From Octopus vulgaris (lineage: Eukaryota), in NCBI GenBank assembly GCA_951406725.2, contig OX597818.1, positions 138,508,001-138,572,000 of the forward strand: a DNA stretch of 64,000 nt, read 5' to 3'. This document shows, one piece after another, positions 43,235 to 55,403 of the stretch (the stretch's first letter is position 1; the number at the start of each line of letters is the position of its first letter). A model generated the notes under the pieces. The model did no database searches. It was not told the DNA's origin and was given only the letters and a program-made list of their open reading frames with translations. A program made the position numbers and the translations under genes.

Positions 43235-43385
43235 TTTTTTTCCTCTGTCTTCCCTTCTCCTATGTTTCCGACAAAGAGCTCCGCTCGAAACATTAAACCC
43301 TCCTCCTTTCCTTCTTTCCTTCTTTCCTAAGCATCCAATAATACTATATTTGTTCCACGTCCTCGCGTTGTTGTGTTTTTTTAAC
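43235..43385 (+). mobile_element. Penelope-type pLTR family P1 copy
   Basis: TTTCCGACAAAGAGCTCCGCTCGAAACATT..CCAATAATACTATATTTGTTCCACGTCCTCGCGTTG; homologs at 45730, 47786, 47904. Confidence 0.7.
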
Positions 43386-43566
43386 TATATATATATATAT
43401 TTGAAAGAATGAATAGATGATAGATTTTTTTGAAGGGGTAATTTTTGTTTTAATTTTTATAATAATGTTAACAGGGAGTCACAGACACACACACAAAAAT
43501 TATCCCCTCAATACCAAGAACTTCCTCTTTATTATTCTACTATACACACACACATATATATATATA

Positions 43567-43751
43567 ATTTAAACACATAAGGAATCCACTTGTGAGATTC
43601 AACATGCTAGAAAGAATAGGAATGAGATGAAAAAATAATATTTTTTCATTTCATTCCTGTCGGGATTTTATCCCTAATTTTTTGGTTATAGAACCTAGCT
43701 GTTCTTTCTAGCGTGTTGAAACCCACGAGTGGATTCCTTATGTGCTTAAAT
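43567..43751. mobile_element. MITE-like element with ~53-bp TIRs and an internal palindrome
   Basis: ATTTAAACACATAAGGAATCCACTTGTGAGATTCAACATGCTAGAAAGAATAG vs rc ATTTAAGCACATAAGGAATCCACTCGTGGGTTTCAACACGCTAGAAAGAACAG. Confidence 0.7.
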
Positions 43752-43863
43752 GTACACTGTATTTAATGAGTAATACATAGTCATTGGACTAAATTTTTAC
43801 ACGCTAGGCCACTGGAAGGGAAAATTTCTTATTTCCATTTCCATTTCCTTCGATATGAGTAAG

Positions 43864-43910
<47 letters not shown>

Positions 43911-43953
43911 ATATGTATATATATATGTATATATATATATATGTATATAAATA

Positions 43954-44019
<66 letters not shown>

Positions 44020-44565
44020 TAGAGAGAGAGATAAATAGATAGATAGATAGATAGATAGATATGTATATGTATATATATATATATATATAGTGAGAGAGAG
44101 AGGGAGGGAAAGGATGGAGAGAGAGACAGGCAGACAGAGATGTGTAGGTAAGGGAGGTATTATGTAATGCTGCAATACAGATAAATGAATTCCATCATTA
44201 CATATAATAATATGAAATAATATGAGTTCCGTATAACCCCAAGAGGAATTACAGAGGCCTCACAACCAGAGGATTGCATTTGCAGCCTATTCTGGTCTCA
44301 TTTAGTTTCAGTAGAGTAAGAAGCACACATGTTTTCTCCATCAGAATATTTATATATCACTCAGTACCTAACTAAATCATCTGGTTTGTATATCTGGCAA
44401 TTAGCGTATGAGAAAAATTCCTCAACGTGACATAAAGCATATGAATGGATTTATTACTTGCTTCTATGGTTTTATGAAAATTTTGTATCATCAGAACTTC
44501 AGCTCAGCAAAGGATTTCCTAAGCCTTGAAGTATTTATAGAATTAACATTAGGTGTGTGGGATGG

Positions 44566-44604
<39 letters not shown>

Positions 44605-44674
44605 TGTGTGTGTGTGTGTGCGTGTGTGCGTGCGTGCCTGTACATATATATATACTCATATCAGCATCTCCATT

Positions 44675-44742
44675 AACTCACAGCTGTTTCAGCTACAAAG
44701 AGCACTGCAGTCAGTGTGACTTCTCATAGCTTCATCAGAGCC
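44675..44742 (-). ncRNA. Type I hammerhead-ribozyme-like motif (Penelope pLTR type), probably inactive
   Basis: GGCU-CUGAUGA-AGCUAUGAG...CUUUGUAGCU-GAAAC-AGCU-GUG-AGUU: intact core and palindromic stem III loop, but the cleavage triplet is GUG. Confidence 0.6.
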
Positions 44743-44837
44743 TATAATGCATTTAAACAGCCAATTATTAGTCTTGCTATGGTTAAGCAAAATTACATAT
44801 AACATACTTTTTAGAGCTTCTAAAGTTTCTAATATCA

Positions 44838-45013
44838 AATATTAGAAACTTAAGAAGCTCTAAAAAGAAGTTCATATTTTCTGATAAGACCAACAACCTG
44901 TATGAAGTTACTAATGATCTTTACAATAAGTTACTAAATGACATAATTTCCACTAAATATAAGAAAGCTAACATAGATTCAATGATATTAATGATGAGGA
45001 TAAATCCCTCGCT
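44838..45013 (+). mobile_element. Penelope-like element ORF fragment (region N-terminal to the RT core)
   Basis: Translation NIRNLRSSKKKFIFSDKTNNLYEVTNDLYNKLLNDIISTKYKKANID then frameshifted NDINDEDKSLA; resembles the PLE 'ADKT.N.Y......Y.KLL..I...YKK' segment. Confidence 0.7.
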
Positions 45014-45112
45014 TAACGTAACAAAATCAAGTACCAGTTGAGAACTGGAGTTGATGTGATCGACTGTCCTCCTCCCGACAAAATCCAAGCCTTGTGCCTA
45101 TAGTAGAAAGAA

Positions 45113-45212
45113 NNNNNNNNNNNNNNNNNNNNNNNNNNNNNNNNNNNNNNNNNNNNNNNNNNNNNNNNNNNNNNNNNNNNNNNNNNNNNNNNNNNNNNNN
45201 NNNNNNNNNNNN
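45113..45212. other. Assembly gap (100 N)
   Basis: Run of N. Confidence 1.
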
Positions 45213-45415
45213 GTGTACATATATATAATTTTTCTCACCTCTTTCCATTCAGACAGACAGACTCATAGATGAGTGTTTGTGTGAGTGTTATTTGTTCTTA
45301 TGGGTTTTATGTTTTATAGTTTTGCGTTTTGCAGTTGTGTGTGTGACACTGAAAAGAGAAAGAGAGAAAGAGAAAGAGAGAGTCCTTGTGTGTTGTTCGT
45401 TTGGGTTAGTTATAT

Positions 45416-45669
45416 ACTCTTTACTCTTTACTCTTTTACTTGTTTCAGTCATTTGACTGCGGCCATGCTGGAGCACCGCCTTTAATCGAGCAAATTGACC
45501 ACCGGACTTATTCTTTGTAAGCCAAGTACTTATTCTATTGGTCTCTTTTTCCGAAATGATAAGTTCCGGGGATGCAAACACACCAACATCGCTTATCAAG
45601 CGATGGTGTGATGACAAAAGACACACAAACATACACACACACACATATATATGTATGTGTATATATATG

Positions 45670-45733
<64 letters not shown>

Positions 45734-46107
45734 AAGTTAATCCAAACATGAAAGCACAAAAAGAAAAACAATGTGAAGACATGGAACAAATATAGTATTA
45801 TTGGACGCTCAGGAAAGATGGAAAGAAGGAGGGTTTAATGTTTCGAGCGGAGCTCTTCGTCGGAAACATAGGAGAAGGAAAGATCCAGAGAAGGGAAGAC
45901 AGAAGAAAAAAAAATCGCCAACGGTACACACGCGGTCACATATATATATAGGCTTCTTTCAGTTTCCGTCTACCAAATCCACTCAAAAGGCTTTGGTTAG
46001 CCTGAGGCTATAGTAGAAGACACTCGCCCAAGGTGCCATGCAATGGGACTGAACCCAGAACCATGTGGTTGGTAAGCAAGCTACTTACCACACAGCCACT
46101 CCTGCGC
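45416..46107 (-). mobile_element. SINE family A interrupted in its internal microsatellite by a P1 pLTR copy (45730-45940)
   Basis: Tail at 45416-45630, head at 45950-46107, P1 sequence between them. Confidence 0.85.
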
Positions 46108-46391
46108 ATCTAGTTTTTTGGGGGTTTTTTTTCTCCATATTCATGAAACTGTCTTTGACACTTGACAATGAGTAATTGTTCATTGTTGTGTAAAGATTAG
46201 AAACTTCATGTTAGACCTTTCCATGTCTCTGCTATGTAATGATGATGAAGTTATCAGCATGAATGTTTGTCCTTGCCTGGTATGGTAAGAAGGAGCAATT
46301 GGAGGTGGTTTGTTTAATGAGATAATTTAATGGAGTGAAAAATAATTCCATCGTTAAATCCAAATATGCACATACACACATGTACACACAT

Positions 46392-46424
<33 letters not shown>

Positions 46425-46584
46425 TTTATACATGTGTACATACAGACATATATATAACTTTTTTGGAATGGTATATCTTGAAGCAGATAAAGCTATAATG
46501 AATAATGGCATGTTAATATTGGGTTAAAATCACTTTTTGGACAGTATAAGTCTCAAAGGGGGGACATCAGCAACATATATATAT

Positions 46585-46820
46585 TGTAGAGGCGCAATGG
46601 CCTAGTGGTTAGGGCAGCGGACTCGCGGTCGCAGGATCGCGGTTTCGATTCTCAGACCGGGCGTTGTGTGTGTTTATTGAGCGAAAACACCTAAAAGCTC
46701 TACGAGGCTCCGGCAGGGGTGGTGATCCCTGCTGTACTCTTTCACCACAATGGCGGTGCCCCAGCATGGCCACAGCTCAAGAGTTGAAACTGGAAAAACA
46801 AACAAAAACAAAAACAAAAA
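46585..46820 (+). mobile_element. SINE family B head with tail type 3
   Basis: Family B sequence to ..CTTTCACCACAA, then TGGCGGTGCCCCAGCATGGCCACAGCTC..GAAACTGG and an A-rich tail. Confidence 0.85.
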
Positions 46821-47785
46821 AAATATTGGTGAATTCTTCATTTGTGACAACCATAGCATATAATGGAAGAACATAAAACTGAGACCGGATATTATAAATC
46901 TGTTAATTAGAGCAGAAAATATAAATTTGATAATTAGAGACGAGTTGGAGGAATAAATTGCCAAGATAGGATTGGCAGTGTAGTAGACAGTGTTTTGTAA
47001 ATAGATAAAATTTTAGATTAAATGTCAGAAAAGGGGGTTAAGATTGATGAAGAGTAGGGAGGGACTTACCATGCTGGCCCAGACAAGGAACAAATTTGAG
47101 GGCCAATGGCAGAATAAACTATGAAGAATCATTAGACACACACACACACATAATATGTATAATGTGTATAATATATATATATTATATATATTATATATAT
47201 AATACATATATAATATGTGCAACATATGTACAATATATATATGCTATTTAATACAATATGTATATAAAATATATATACATATCATATATAATATATGATA
47301 TAATATGTGTGTGTGTGTGTGTAGTGATTCTTCATAGTTTATTTCACCAATATATGGCAGTTGCTCAGTGACTGAAACTAAAATATGAACACACACACAC
47401 ATATACATATATATTCATCCACACACACACACACACACACGTGCATGCGCGTGTGTGTATGTGTGTGAGTGTGTGTGCATGCATGTGTGTATGTGTTTTT
47501 GTGTGTGCTTTGTTATCTGCCGACCTAGCTCCGAAAACAGGGAAACTGTCATACCCCCCCCCCATAAAACATACAATGAGTATTGTTCGCTGTCGCCCCA
47601 ATAAGTACTTTCCACATGCACAATATTAATTCATTTATTGGATTTAATTTTATTTTATTAATCTTAACCCCCCTCTCCCATAAATAACCCTGACCTTAAC
47701 CTTAACAGAGACTCTGAAAATTAATCTTTTAAAAAACCTTCAAAATTATTATTATTATTATTATTATTAGCTTTTTCAAGTAATG

Positions 47786-48082
47786 TATTATCAGATGCCC
47801 AGGAAAGGAAAGAAAGAGGATTTAACGTTTCGAGCAAAGCTCTTCTTCAGAAATAGAGGAATGTCCAAAAGAAGGGAAGACGGAGGAAGAATATATATAT
47901 ATATGGCGATTTTTTTTTCCTCTGTCTTCCCTTCTCTGGATCTTTCCTTCTCCTATGTTTCCGATGAAGAGCTCCGCTCGAAACGTTAATCGATTCTTTC
48001 CTTTTTCCTGAGCGTCCAATAATACTATATTTGTTCCACGTCCTCGCGTTGTTGTGTTTTTTTGTGCTTTCTTGTTTGGATT

Positions 48083-48085
<3 letters not shown>
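47786..48085. mobile_element. Two P1 pLTR-like segments in inverted orientation around (AT)n
   Basis: 47786-47890 on minus contains CTGAAGAAGAGCTTTGCTCGAAACG; 47904-48085 on plus contains CCGATGAAGAGCTCCGCTCGAAACG. Confidence 0.7.
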
Positions 48086-48181
<96 letters not shown>

Positions 48182-49141
48182 GTTCTTGTCCCAGTTTGTG
48201 TGTGTTTACCTATATATATATATGTATATATATATAATACGAATAAGGATACAAAGAAAGACTTTAACAAATTTTGGGTCAGTTACAATTTTCTTTTTGA
48301 ACCAACTAAATGCCATTTCATAGGATCATTTCATATAAAAGTTCAAAGTGAAATTTATGTAATATTTACGGTTTTAGACGTTAGAGAAGTACTTCCTCAG
48401 AACTACATCAAAAGTGTTCTTTTAAATTGTGCTTATATATGTGTGTGCTCCTGTGTGTGTGTGTGTGTGAACGTTTCTCTCAATGTGATATATATTTTTA
48501 GAGATAATAAGTCTGCCTGCTTATATGTTTGTATATCTTCTGGCCCGGGAGGGTCTAGGTTTCACCGAAGGTTATTTTACCTCAACTATCTCCAAAGCCA
48601 CCCGCCCATTCAGTACGTGAAGTCGTTTTATTTGTTTTTATTTTGAGTTCTGTTATCTGTAGATGCAGTTGAAGAAAAGTAGATTTCTGTATTTTCATAT
48701 CCCGGATATATACAGACACATACTGAGATATATATATACAGGGCACATTTTTGAAGATATATACACACATCATACGTAGATATACATTCGTTTTTTTGCC
48801 TCGACCTTTTTACTAATTGAAAGAAAAACCCGAAAAAAAGAAGGAAGTGTATACCCTGGAGATAATGATAGAGAAAGAAAGAGGCCGAGTGAGAAAAAAA
48901 AAAAAAGGTGAGATGCGAAATGTAAGAGAGAGAAAGTGTGTTATATGGAAAGGGTAAAAAAAAGTGATAGAGAATAGAGGCTGGTTAGAAAGAGTAGAGT
49001 TGAAACACAGAGAGAGGGAAAGAGAGAGGGGAAGGTAGAGGAAATAACACACACACACACACACACACACAGGTTCAGGCATCCCTTGCGTTACGGTTAC
49101 TTCAAGCTTCGCGACTTCGTACTTAAGAAAATTATGGAGTA

Positions 49142-49544
49142 CTAGCAGTATCGACCGGCGTTGCTCGGGTTTGTAAGGGAAATAACTATATAAGCATTTT
49201 TAGAGAGTTATAGCCAAAAAGTAGCAAAAAAAAAAATGCATTAAAAATGGAAAAAAAATTATGGTAGATTTTTTTTTAAATCGTTGACTCATCGTAGATA
49301 TTTTTAGAGAGTTACTTCCCTTATATAATAGCGAAAAAATGCATTAAAAATGGGAAAAAATGATGATAATTTGTTTTTTAAATCCTAGACTCATCGTAGA
49401 CGCGCGCTAATACCCAGAAGGGCTCGATATGAATCACGACTATAAGATACCTGGTTTTGGTTAAACTGCACCGCAAAATGTGGGAGTAGTTAGGAATCTA
49501 AATCGTAGGAGACAGACACACAACTTCACTTTTATATATAAAGA
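49142..49544 (-). mobile_element. Non-autonomous Helitron (family H1)
   Basis: A|TC 5' end, subterminal hairpin CCCGAGCAACGCCGG, CTAG|T 3' end, no TSD. Confidence 0.88.
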
Positions 49545-50118
49545 TGACAGTAAATTTCGGGATACAGTCTCTTTACGGAAATTCGGAGCGAGGAAAATTT
49601 TAAGAATTCAAAGTTATACTTTCTTCTTAGCCTAAAGGCCGCTTCCCGGCGTTTTAGCTAAACATAATGCAGCTAACAGTTTGAAAAACTATGTTTATGT
49701 TCTGTTGTGTCTTGGGAGAGTCATTTTCTTTTTGTGCCTTATAATATAACACACTCACCAGTAAAATTTCCACTTTTTTCTTATTTTTATTTTCCTAAAA
49801 TTTTCGTTGTGTCTTGCAACCCTTTCAATAGTTTGGAAACTATTTCCAAAAACGAAATATATTTATGTTATATAGGATACATATATCTACACGTGTGTTA
49901 ATGTCCTGGAATGGTAGAAAAAACGGAGTAATTCCAGTGCTATACTCAACCCGAGTTCGAAGTTATCTACACTCTTAAATTGGAGTCTCAAGAAAGATTG
50001 AATTTCTGCTGGTACAGAAAACTCAAAAACTAATATGTGAATTTAGCGAAGAATAAAATTCGATCCAAAGAAGACAAATAAAAAATTTAGCACATCTTTA
50101 ATGACCAGTTATAATTGT

Positions 50119-50512
50119 GGATGTTTTCGGTTTGAACGGCAGTTTTAAAAAAAATTTCTATGTAACTAAAAAAATTGTAAACTTCGTATACTGGTAGAAT
50201 GTGTTTATAAAACATCTTTTTCTCTTGGCTTTATTGAGAAAATTCTATACTTTGTAAGATATTTGTTGTTTTTTTTCTTCAATTTCTGCAATTTCAAACA
50301 ATCAATGACGTCTATTGAGGTGAATAAAAAACATTCTGTGCCGTATGAATATGTCCCTCGTTTAAGAAACAGATTGGGTTTGTGAAGAAAAAAGATACCC
50401 TTCCCTCCAACCCTAACCCTAAAAGAAATTGAAATGCAATAGGGTCATAATTATGGGTGACAATTTCATAAGACACCGCTAGAAAAAACTGCCGTTCAAA
50501 CCGAAAAGATGC
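50119..50512 (+). mobile_element. MITE family M copy 1
   Basis: TIR GGAT(G/C)TTTTCGGTTTGAACGGCAGTTTT / AAAACTGCCGTTCAAACCGAAAAGATGC; internal CCCTAACCCTAA. Confidence 0.9.
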
Positions 50513-51589
50513 CTAATATGTGGATTTAGCGAAGAGTAAAATTCGATCCAACGAAGACAAATAAGAAATTTAGCACATCCAGTTACAATTGTTTCTGCGC
50601 CCCTCTGTTTTTGCACGCAAAAAGATTTGGTACAAAGGTGCCGACAGAATAAGTACCAAGCTTAACAATTGTACTGGGGTCGATTTGTTCGACTAAACCC
50701 TTCACAAGGCGGTGTTCCAGCATGGCCGCAGTCCAATAACTGAAACAGATAAAGAAAAAGAAAAGATAAAAGAATCGCTGCCAAGTTTTTGTTTTCTTTC
50801 ACCAACACCGGATTAAATTTTACTTAATTAAGAGTTTTTGGCGCACGCCACTCTCGAAGATACCCTCTTATTTTTCTAGACAGACGTATAAGGTTAATAA
50901 GAAGGGAGAGGGTCCTACAAAGGGCAGGGAGGTAAATAGAGTGAAAGAAAGCTAGAAGAGGGTTGTAGTGGGAGTAAAAGCTGATACAGACATAATAGTA
51001 GGGATAAGTGAAAGAGAGATAGGTATGTAAGCAATAGACGAGGGGGGAGCTTGTAACAGGGAGAGAGAGAGAGACAGACGTTATAGTTAGAGAGTGAAGC
51101 AGGGAATAAGAGTCAGTCATATAGAACGAATGAAGGTAGACAGAGGTGAAGGTGATAGAAGAAGAGGGCTGTGACAGATAGAGGGAGAGAAAGACAGAGA
51201 GAGAGATAAAGAGAGAGAGAGAGTATGTGTGTTTCAAAGAAAGTGTGAAAGATGGAATCATCGCGTTTACGATGCACGCACGTGCGTGTCCTGTTGTGAT
51301 GGTGTATGTATTTATTTTAACTATTCCCTTTATTTATATATTTGTTTGTTGTCGTCTGTTTCTTTAAACCCATCCTTCATCACCGAGGGCCGAGGGAAAA
51401 TTTACTCGAGGGAGCATATGGTAGGATCTCACATATGTAGTAATACAGTGGGTCGAAAATCTTTCGACTACTTTTATTCAAGTAATTGGTTGGCAAAACT
51501 TCCCTCGGAGGTTTTTTAAAAACATTAAACCAATCAAGGGAGATAAATACAGTGAGATCAGTTGATGGAAATTTTAGGATAATAGACTA

Positions 51590-52004
51590 TCTCTGTTTTA
51601 CTCTTTTACTTGTTTCAGTCATTTGACTGCGGCCATGCTGGAGCACCGCTTTAAATCGAGCAACTCGACCCCGGGACTTATTCTTTGTAAGCCCAGTACT
51701 TATTCTATCGGATCTTTTTGCCGAACCGCTAAGTGACGGGGACATAAACACACCAGCATCGGTTGTCAAGCAATGCTAGGGGGACAAACACAGACACACA
51801 AACAAACGTACACACACATATATATATATATACATATATACGACAGGCTTCTTTCAGTTTCCGTCTACCAAATCCACTCACAAGGCTTTGGTCGGCCCGA
51901 GGCTATAGCAGAAGACACTTGCCCAAGGTGCCACGCAGTGGGACTGAACCCGGAACCATGTGGTTGGTAAGCAAGCTACTTACCACATAGCCACTCCTGC
52001 GCCT
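51590..52004 (-). mobile_element. SINE family A, near-consensus
   Basis: Reverse complement of the 19194 family. Confidence 0.92.
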
Positions 52005-52077
52005 ATGTAGATAATTATTTTAGAATAATATAGACCATATAGATTACAAAACAGCTGTCAATATATGGAATAAATAA

Positions 52078-52410
52078 GGCGGCGAGCTGGCAGACACGTT
52101 AGCACGCAGGGCGAAATGCGTAGCCGTATTTCGTCTGCCGCTACGTTCTGAGTTCAAATTCCGCCGAGGTCGACGTTGCCTTTCATCCTTTCGGGGTCGA
52201 TTAAATAAGTACCAGTTACGCACTGGGGTCGATGTAATCGACTCAATACCCTTGCCTGTCCTTGTTTGTCCCCTCTATGTTTCTGCGCCTTGTAGGCAAT
52301 AAAGAAATAAGAATTGTTAGCACAGTGGGCAAAATGCTTAACAGCATTTCGTCTGGCTTTAGGTTCTGAGGTCAAATATCGCCGAGGTCGACTTTACCTT
52401 TCATCCTTGT
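52078..52410 (+). mobile_element. SINE family D, full copy (52078-52312) plus tandem partial copy
   Basis: GGCGGCGAGCTGGCAGA head, GAGTTCAAATTCC box B, central GCCTTTCATCCTTTCGGGGTCGATTAAATAAGTACCAG, tail CAATAAAGAAATAAGAA; another copy on minus at about 55497-55705. Confidence 0.85.
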
Positions 52411-53290
52411 GTGTGTGTGTGTGTGTCCACTAAAATAATGTTAATTGCGAAGCGGTGGTGTGCTGCACACACATACATGCACATAGATATATATACGCCG
52501 AGCTTCTTTCAGTTTCTGTTTACCAAGTTCACTCTCGAGGCTTTGGTCGGCCCGAGGCTGCGGTAGAAGACACCTGTCCAAGGCACCACGCAGTGGAACT
52601 GAACCCGGAACTATGTTAGGAAGCAAAACTTCTCGCACAAGACAACTGCATTCGTTCAATTTTTTCATTTATCTTATTTATTTGTTGGTTTGTTTTGAAA
52701 GTTTGTACCTTTCACCTCACCTATGTTCTCTTTAAACATAACCCCTCAGACACATTGCCAAAGTTAGACAACATAGCAGCGTTCTATTGATAACGAAATA
52801 GGAAGAAAAAAGTGATACCACACACGTTACTTATCTTATATACATATATATATATATATAAAGAAAAGCAGGAGAAAATACGTAATGCTTCCTTCTGCTT
52901 TATCCCTCGACATGGGCAACACCCAAACAGACGCCTACACATGCACACACCATTCAGAGTACATATGTTAGGACTACAACTGTGTTCTGTGACCTTTCTG
53001 ATTCATCTCCCGCTTCTACTTCTTCGTATCTTTGAGATTGCAGAAAGTGTGTCGAAACGCGAGTGAGCGCGCGCAAAGTTTTAGGAGTTTTCAAAGACAG
53101 ATGCACTTTATATTTCTGAGTAGCTTCAATTTTTACCCCCTTCGTTGCTTCTACTGATAAATGCCAATGGGTTCCAAAGAAACTATGAACTACTGTTTCC
53201 ATTTTCATTAAGACCATAAATTCGAACACGCTTCCTTTCAAAATGTTTACGTTGCTTTAACTGTCTCCATTAATGTTATGCTGAAACACA

Positions 53291-53694
53291 TCTATATATA
53301 TAAAACTAAAGTTGTGTGAGTGTCTGTCTCCTACGATTTAGATTCCTAACTACTCCCACATTTTACGGTGCAGTTTAACCAAAACCGGGTATCTTATAGT
53401 CGGGATTCATATCGAGCCCTTCTGGGTATTAGCGCGCGCTTACGATGAGTCTACGATTTAAAAAGAAAAATTACCATCATTTTATTCCATTTTAATGCAT
53501 TTTTTTCGCTATTATATAAGGGAAGTAACTCTCTAAAAATGTCTACGATGAGTCAACGATTTAAAAAAAAATTTACCATAATTTTTTTTCCATTTTTAAT
53601 GCATTTTTTTGCTATTTTTTGGCTATAACTCTCTAAAAATGCTTATATAGTTATTTCCCTTACAAACCCGAGCAACGCCGGGCGATACTGCTAG
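53291..53694 (+). mobile_element. Non-autonomous Helitron (family H1)
   Basis: A|TCTATATATATAAAA ... CCCGAGCAACGCCGGGCGATACTGCTAG|T. Confidence 0.9.
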
Positions 53695-53937
53695 TCTAAT
53701 ATAGATGGTAAAATGTATTTAACGCCATCACATTGTCCTTGAGTGCCTTTAGCGAAGTCCACTATGCATTTTTCTGTCTTAAACTTGGTCCGTTGCTCGG
53801 TTTAATATCATATTTGGTCTTTGGGTTTCTTTAGCGTAGTTAGAATGCCAACATTCCGACCTGATCTCCAATGTGAAAACATCAAGATTTTCCTTTTCTA
53901 AATTCAGCCACCGTGACCCTGCAAAGCAAAAGTGATA

Positions 53938-54310
53938 ATTTCTTTATTAGCCACGAAAAGCTTACACGAAGGAAAACATTAAGGACTGCACAGGACGGTA
54001 CATTGTGGGGTTTTAGCGTGTAAAATGTTATATAACAAATAAATTCAAACAGAGTAAATTTCCAAATAGGGGGCGGGGGACTTCCGAGGGTCATACATGG
54101 AGAAAGCCCACAAAATCCGTAGTCACCCAGACTGCCAGGGCAGTTACCCTCTCCCGGCCTTCCGTCTCCAATCTACAGGCGGCAACTCAGAGTAGGTCCA
54201 TTCACTCTGGCCACTCTCGCCTTTCTCACCCAATTTTCAACAAAACGCTTGGGAGATAGCACTTCCCTCTCCGCTCTGATTTTCCTCTTCAAATGAAACC
54301 TGAACGCAAA
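53938..54310 (-). mobile_element. Probable L1/Tx1-like LINE 3' end (ORF C-terminus plus 3' UTR)
   Basis: Minus-strand translation FRFHLKRKIRAEREVLSPKRFVENWVRKARVARVNGPTLSCRL* has the F...W pattern of Tx1-like ORF2 ends; the UTR ends in AATAAAGAAA. Confidence 0.5.
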
Positions 54311-54523
54311 AATAATAACTCTTTCTTTAATAGGTACCACGCCTGGGATTTTGTGGCGTGGAGCTAGTCGGTTATATCGACCACCAGCGCTCAACTGGCT
54401 CTTTATCTTTCCTGAAAGAGAGGGGCGTTACATTAGTTCACTGGTAGTGAATAGCTGATACCGTAGTACATCTCCAGCGTTAGAAGACAACAACAATAAT
54501 GATAATAATAATAATAATAATGA

Positions 54524-54745
54524 TAAAAAAATATTCAGACAAATATATAACAAAAACACCAGGACTTACAAACACATATAACATACAGAAAATTGCACTA
54601 CTAGGCACTGCACACATCCTACGCAGAACACTTTCCATACAATAACCATCAGAGCATCACAACAAATCACAGCACATACCTAAGGCACACAGAGCTGCGC
54701 TCGGTAGTGAAGTGAAAGCACGCTATAAAAATAAAACTACTGAAA
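54524..54745 (+). mobile_element. Dong/R4-like (RLE) LINE 3' end inserted in (AAT)n
   Basis: KKYSDKYITKTPGLTNTYNIQKIALLGTAHILRRTLSIQ* matches the R4-clade C-terminal QK..LLGTA.ILR motif; (AAT)n on both sides. Confidence 0.8.
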
Positions 54746-54796
54746 ATAATAATAATAATAATAATAATAATGATAATAATAATAATAATAATAATG

Positions 54797-54845
<49 letters not shown>

Positions 54846-54847
<2 letters not shown>

Positions 54848-55403
54848 GCCCTGATGCAGTACCAGGCTGTGGCTCTCATGGCTTCTGATCATAACTGATT
54901 GGAAGTGTTATCGTGTACATATTTTGTCTTGGTATAAAAGATGGGCTACAGCAAATATTCTGCTCAATACCACAGATTTGCATGTCAGTTGTTTGACCAT
55001 AACCAGTTGAGCATGTCCTTTAGTGGCTGACGATTTGTGCATCTCTGAGCACGAGCAGAAGTAGTTGGAGAGCATCATAGCCATATGTTGAGAGGAATTC
55101 TTTGTAGTTTGAATAATTCACCTCTGGAAACATGGGTGTTTCGTTCAGCTTCTTTGAACAAACCTTATTCAAGGACAATTTGTGCGGGATAGGCTACTCG
55201 ACCTGAAGAAAACTCTAACTGGGCCCCACCTGTAAGGTCATGGGCTGTTTATTTTGATATGAGATTACCATGTCGTGCACGGTAATCGTGTAGCTGGTGT
55301 ACACTTATCAGACGGGTAGTCATGATGGGTTTACTGAGCTTTGCATATTTGTACCCTTGTGTCACTTTGATGGCATGCACTGCTCTCTCACTCAATAATA
55401 ATA
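54846..55403 (+). mobile_element. Unclassified non-coding element bounded by (AAT)n
   Basis: Complex ~550-bp sequence that starts in the AAT tract and ends CTCTCTCACTCAATAATAAT; no ORF. Confidence 0.4.

Noticed and set aside
46585-46665. Genuine tRNA gene
   Set aside because: It continues into a SINE body, occurs as dispersed diverged copies, and lacks a proper acceptor stem and terminator
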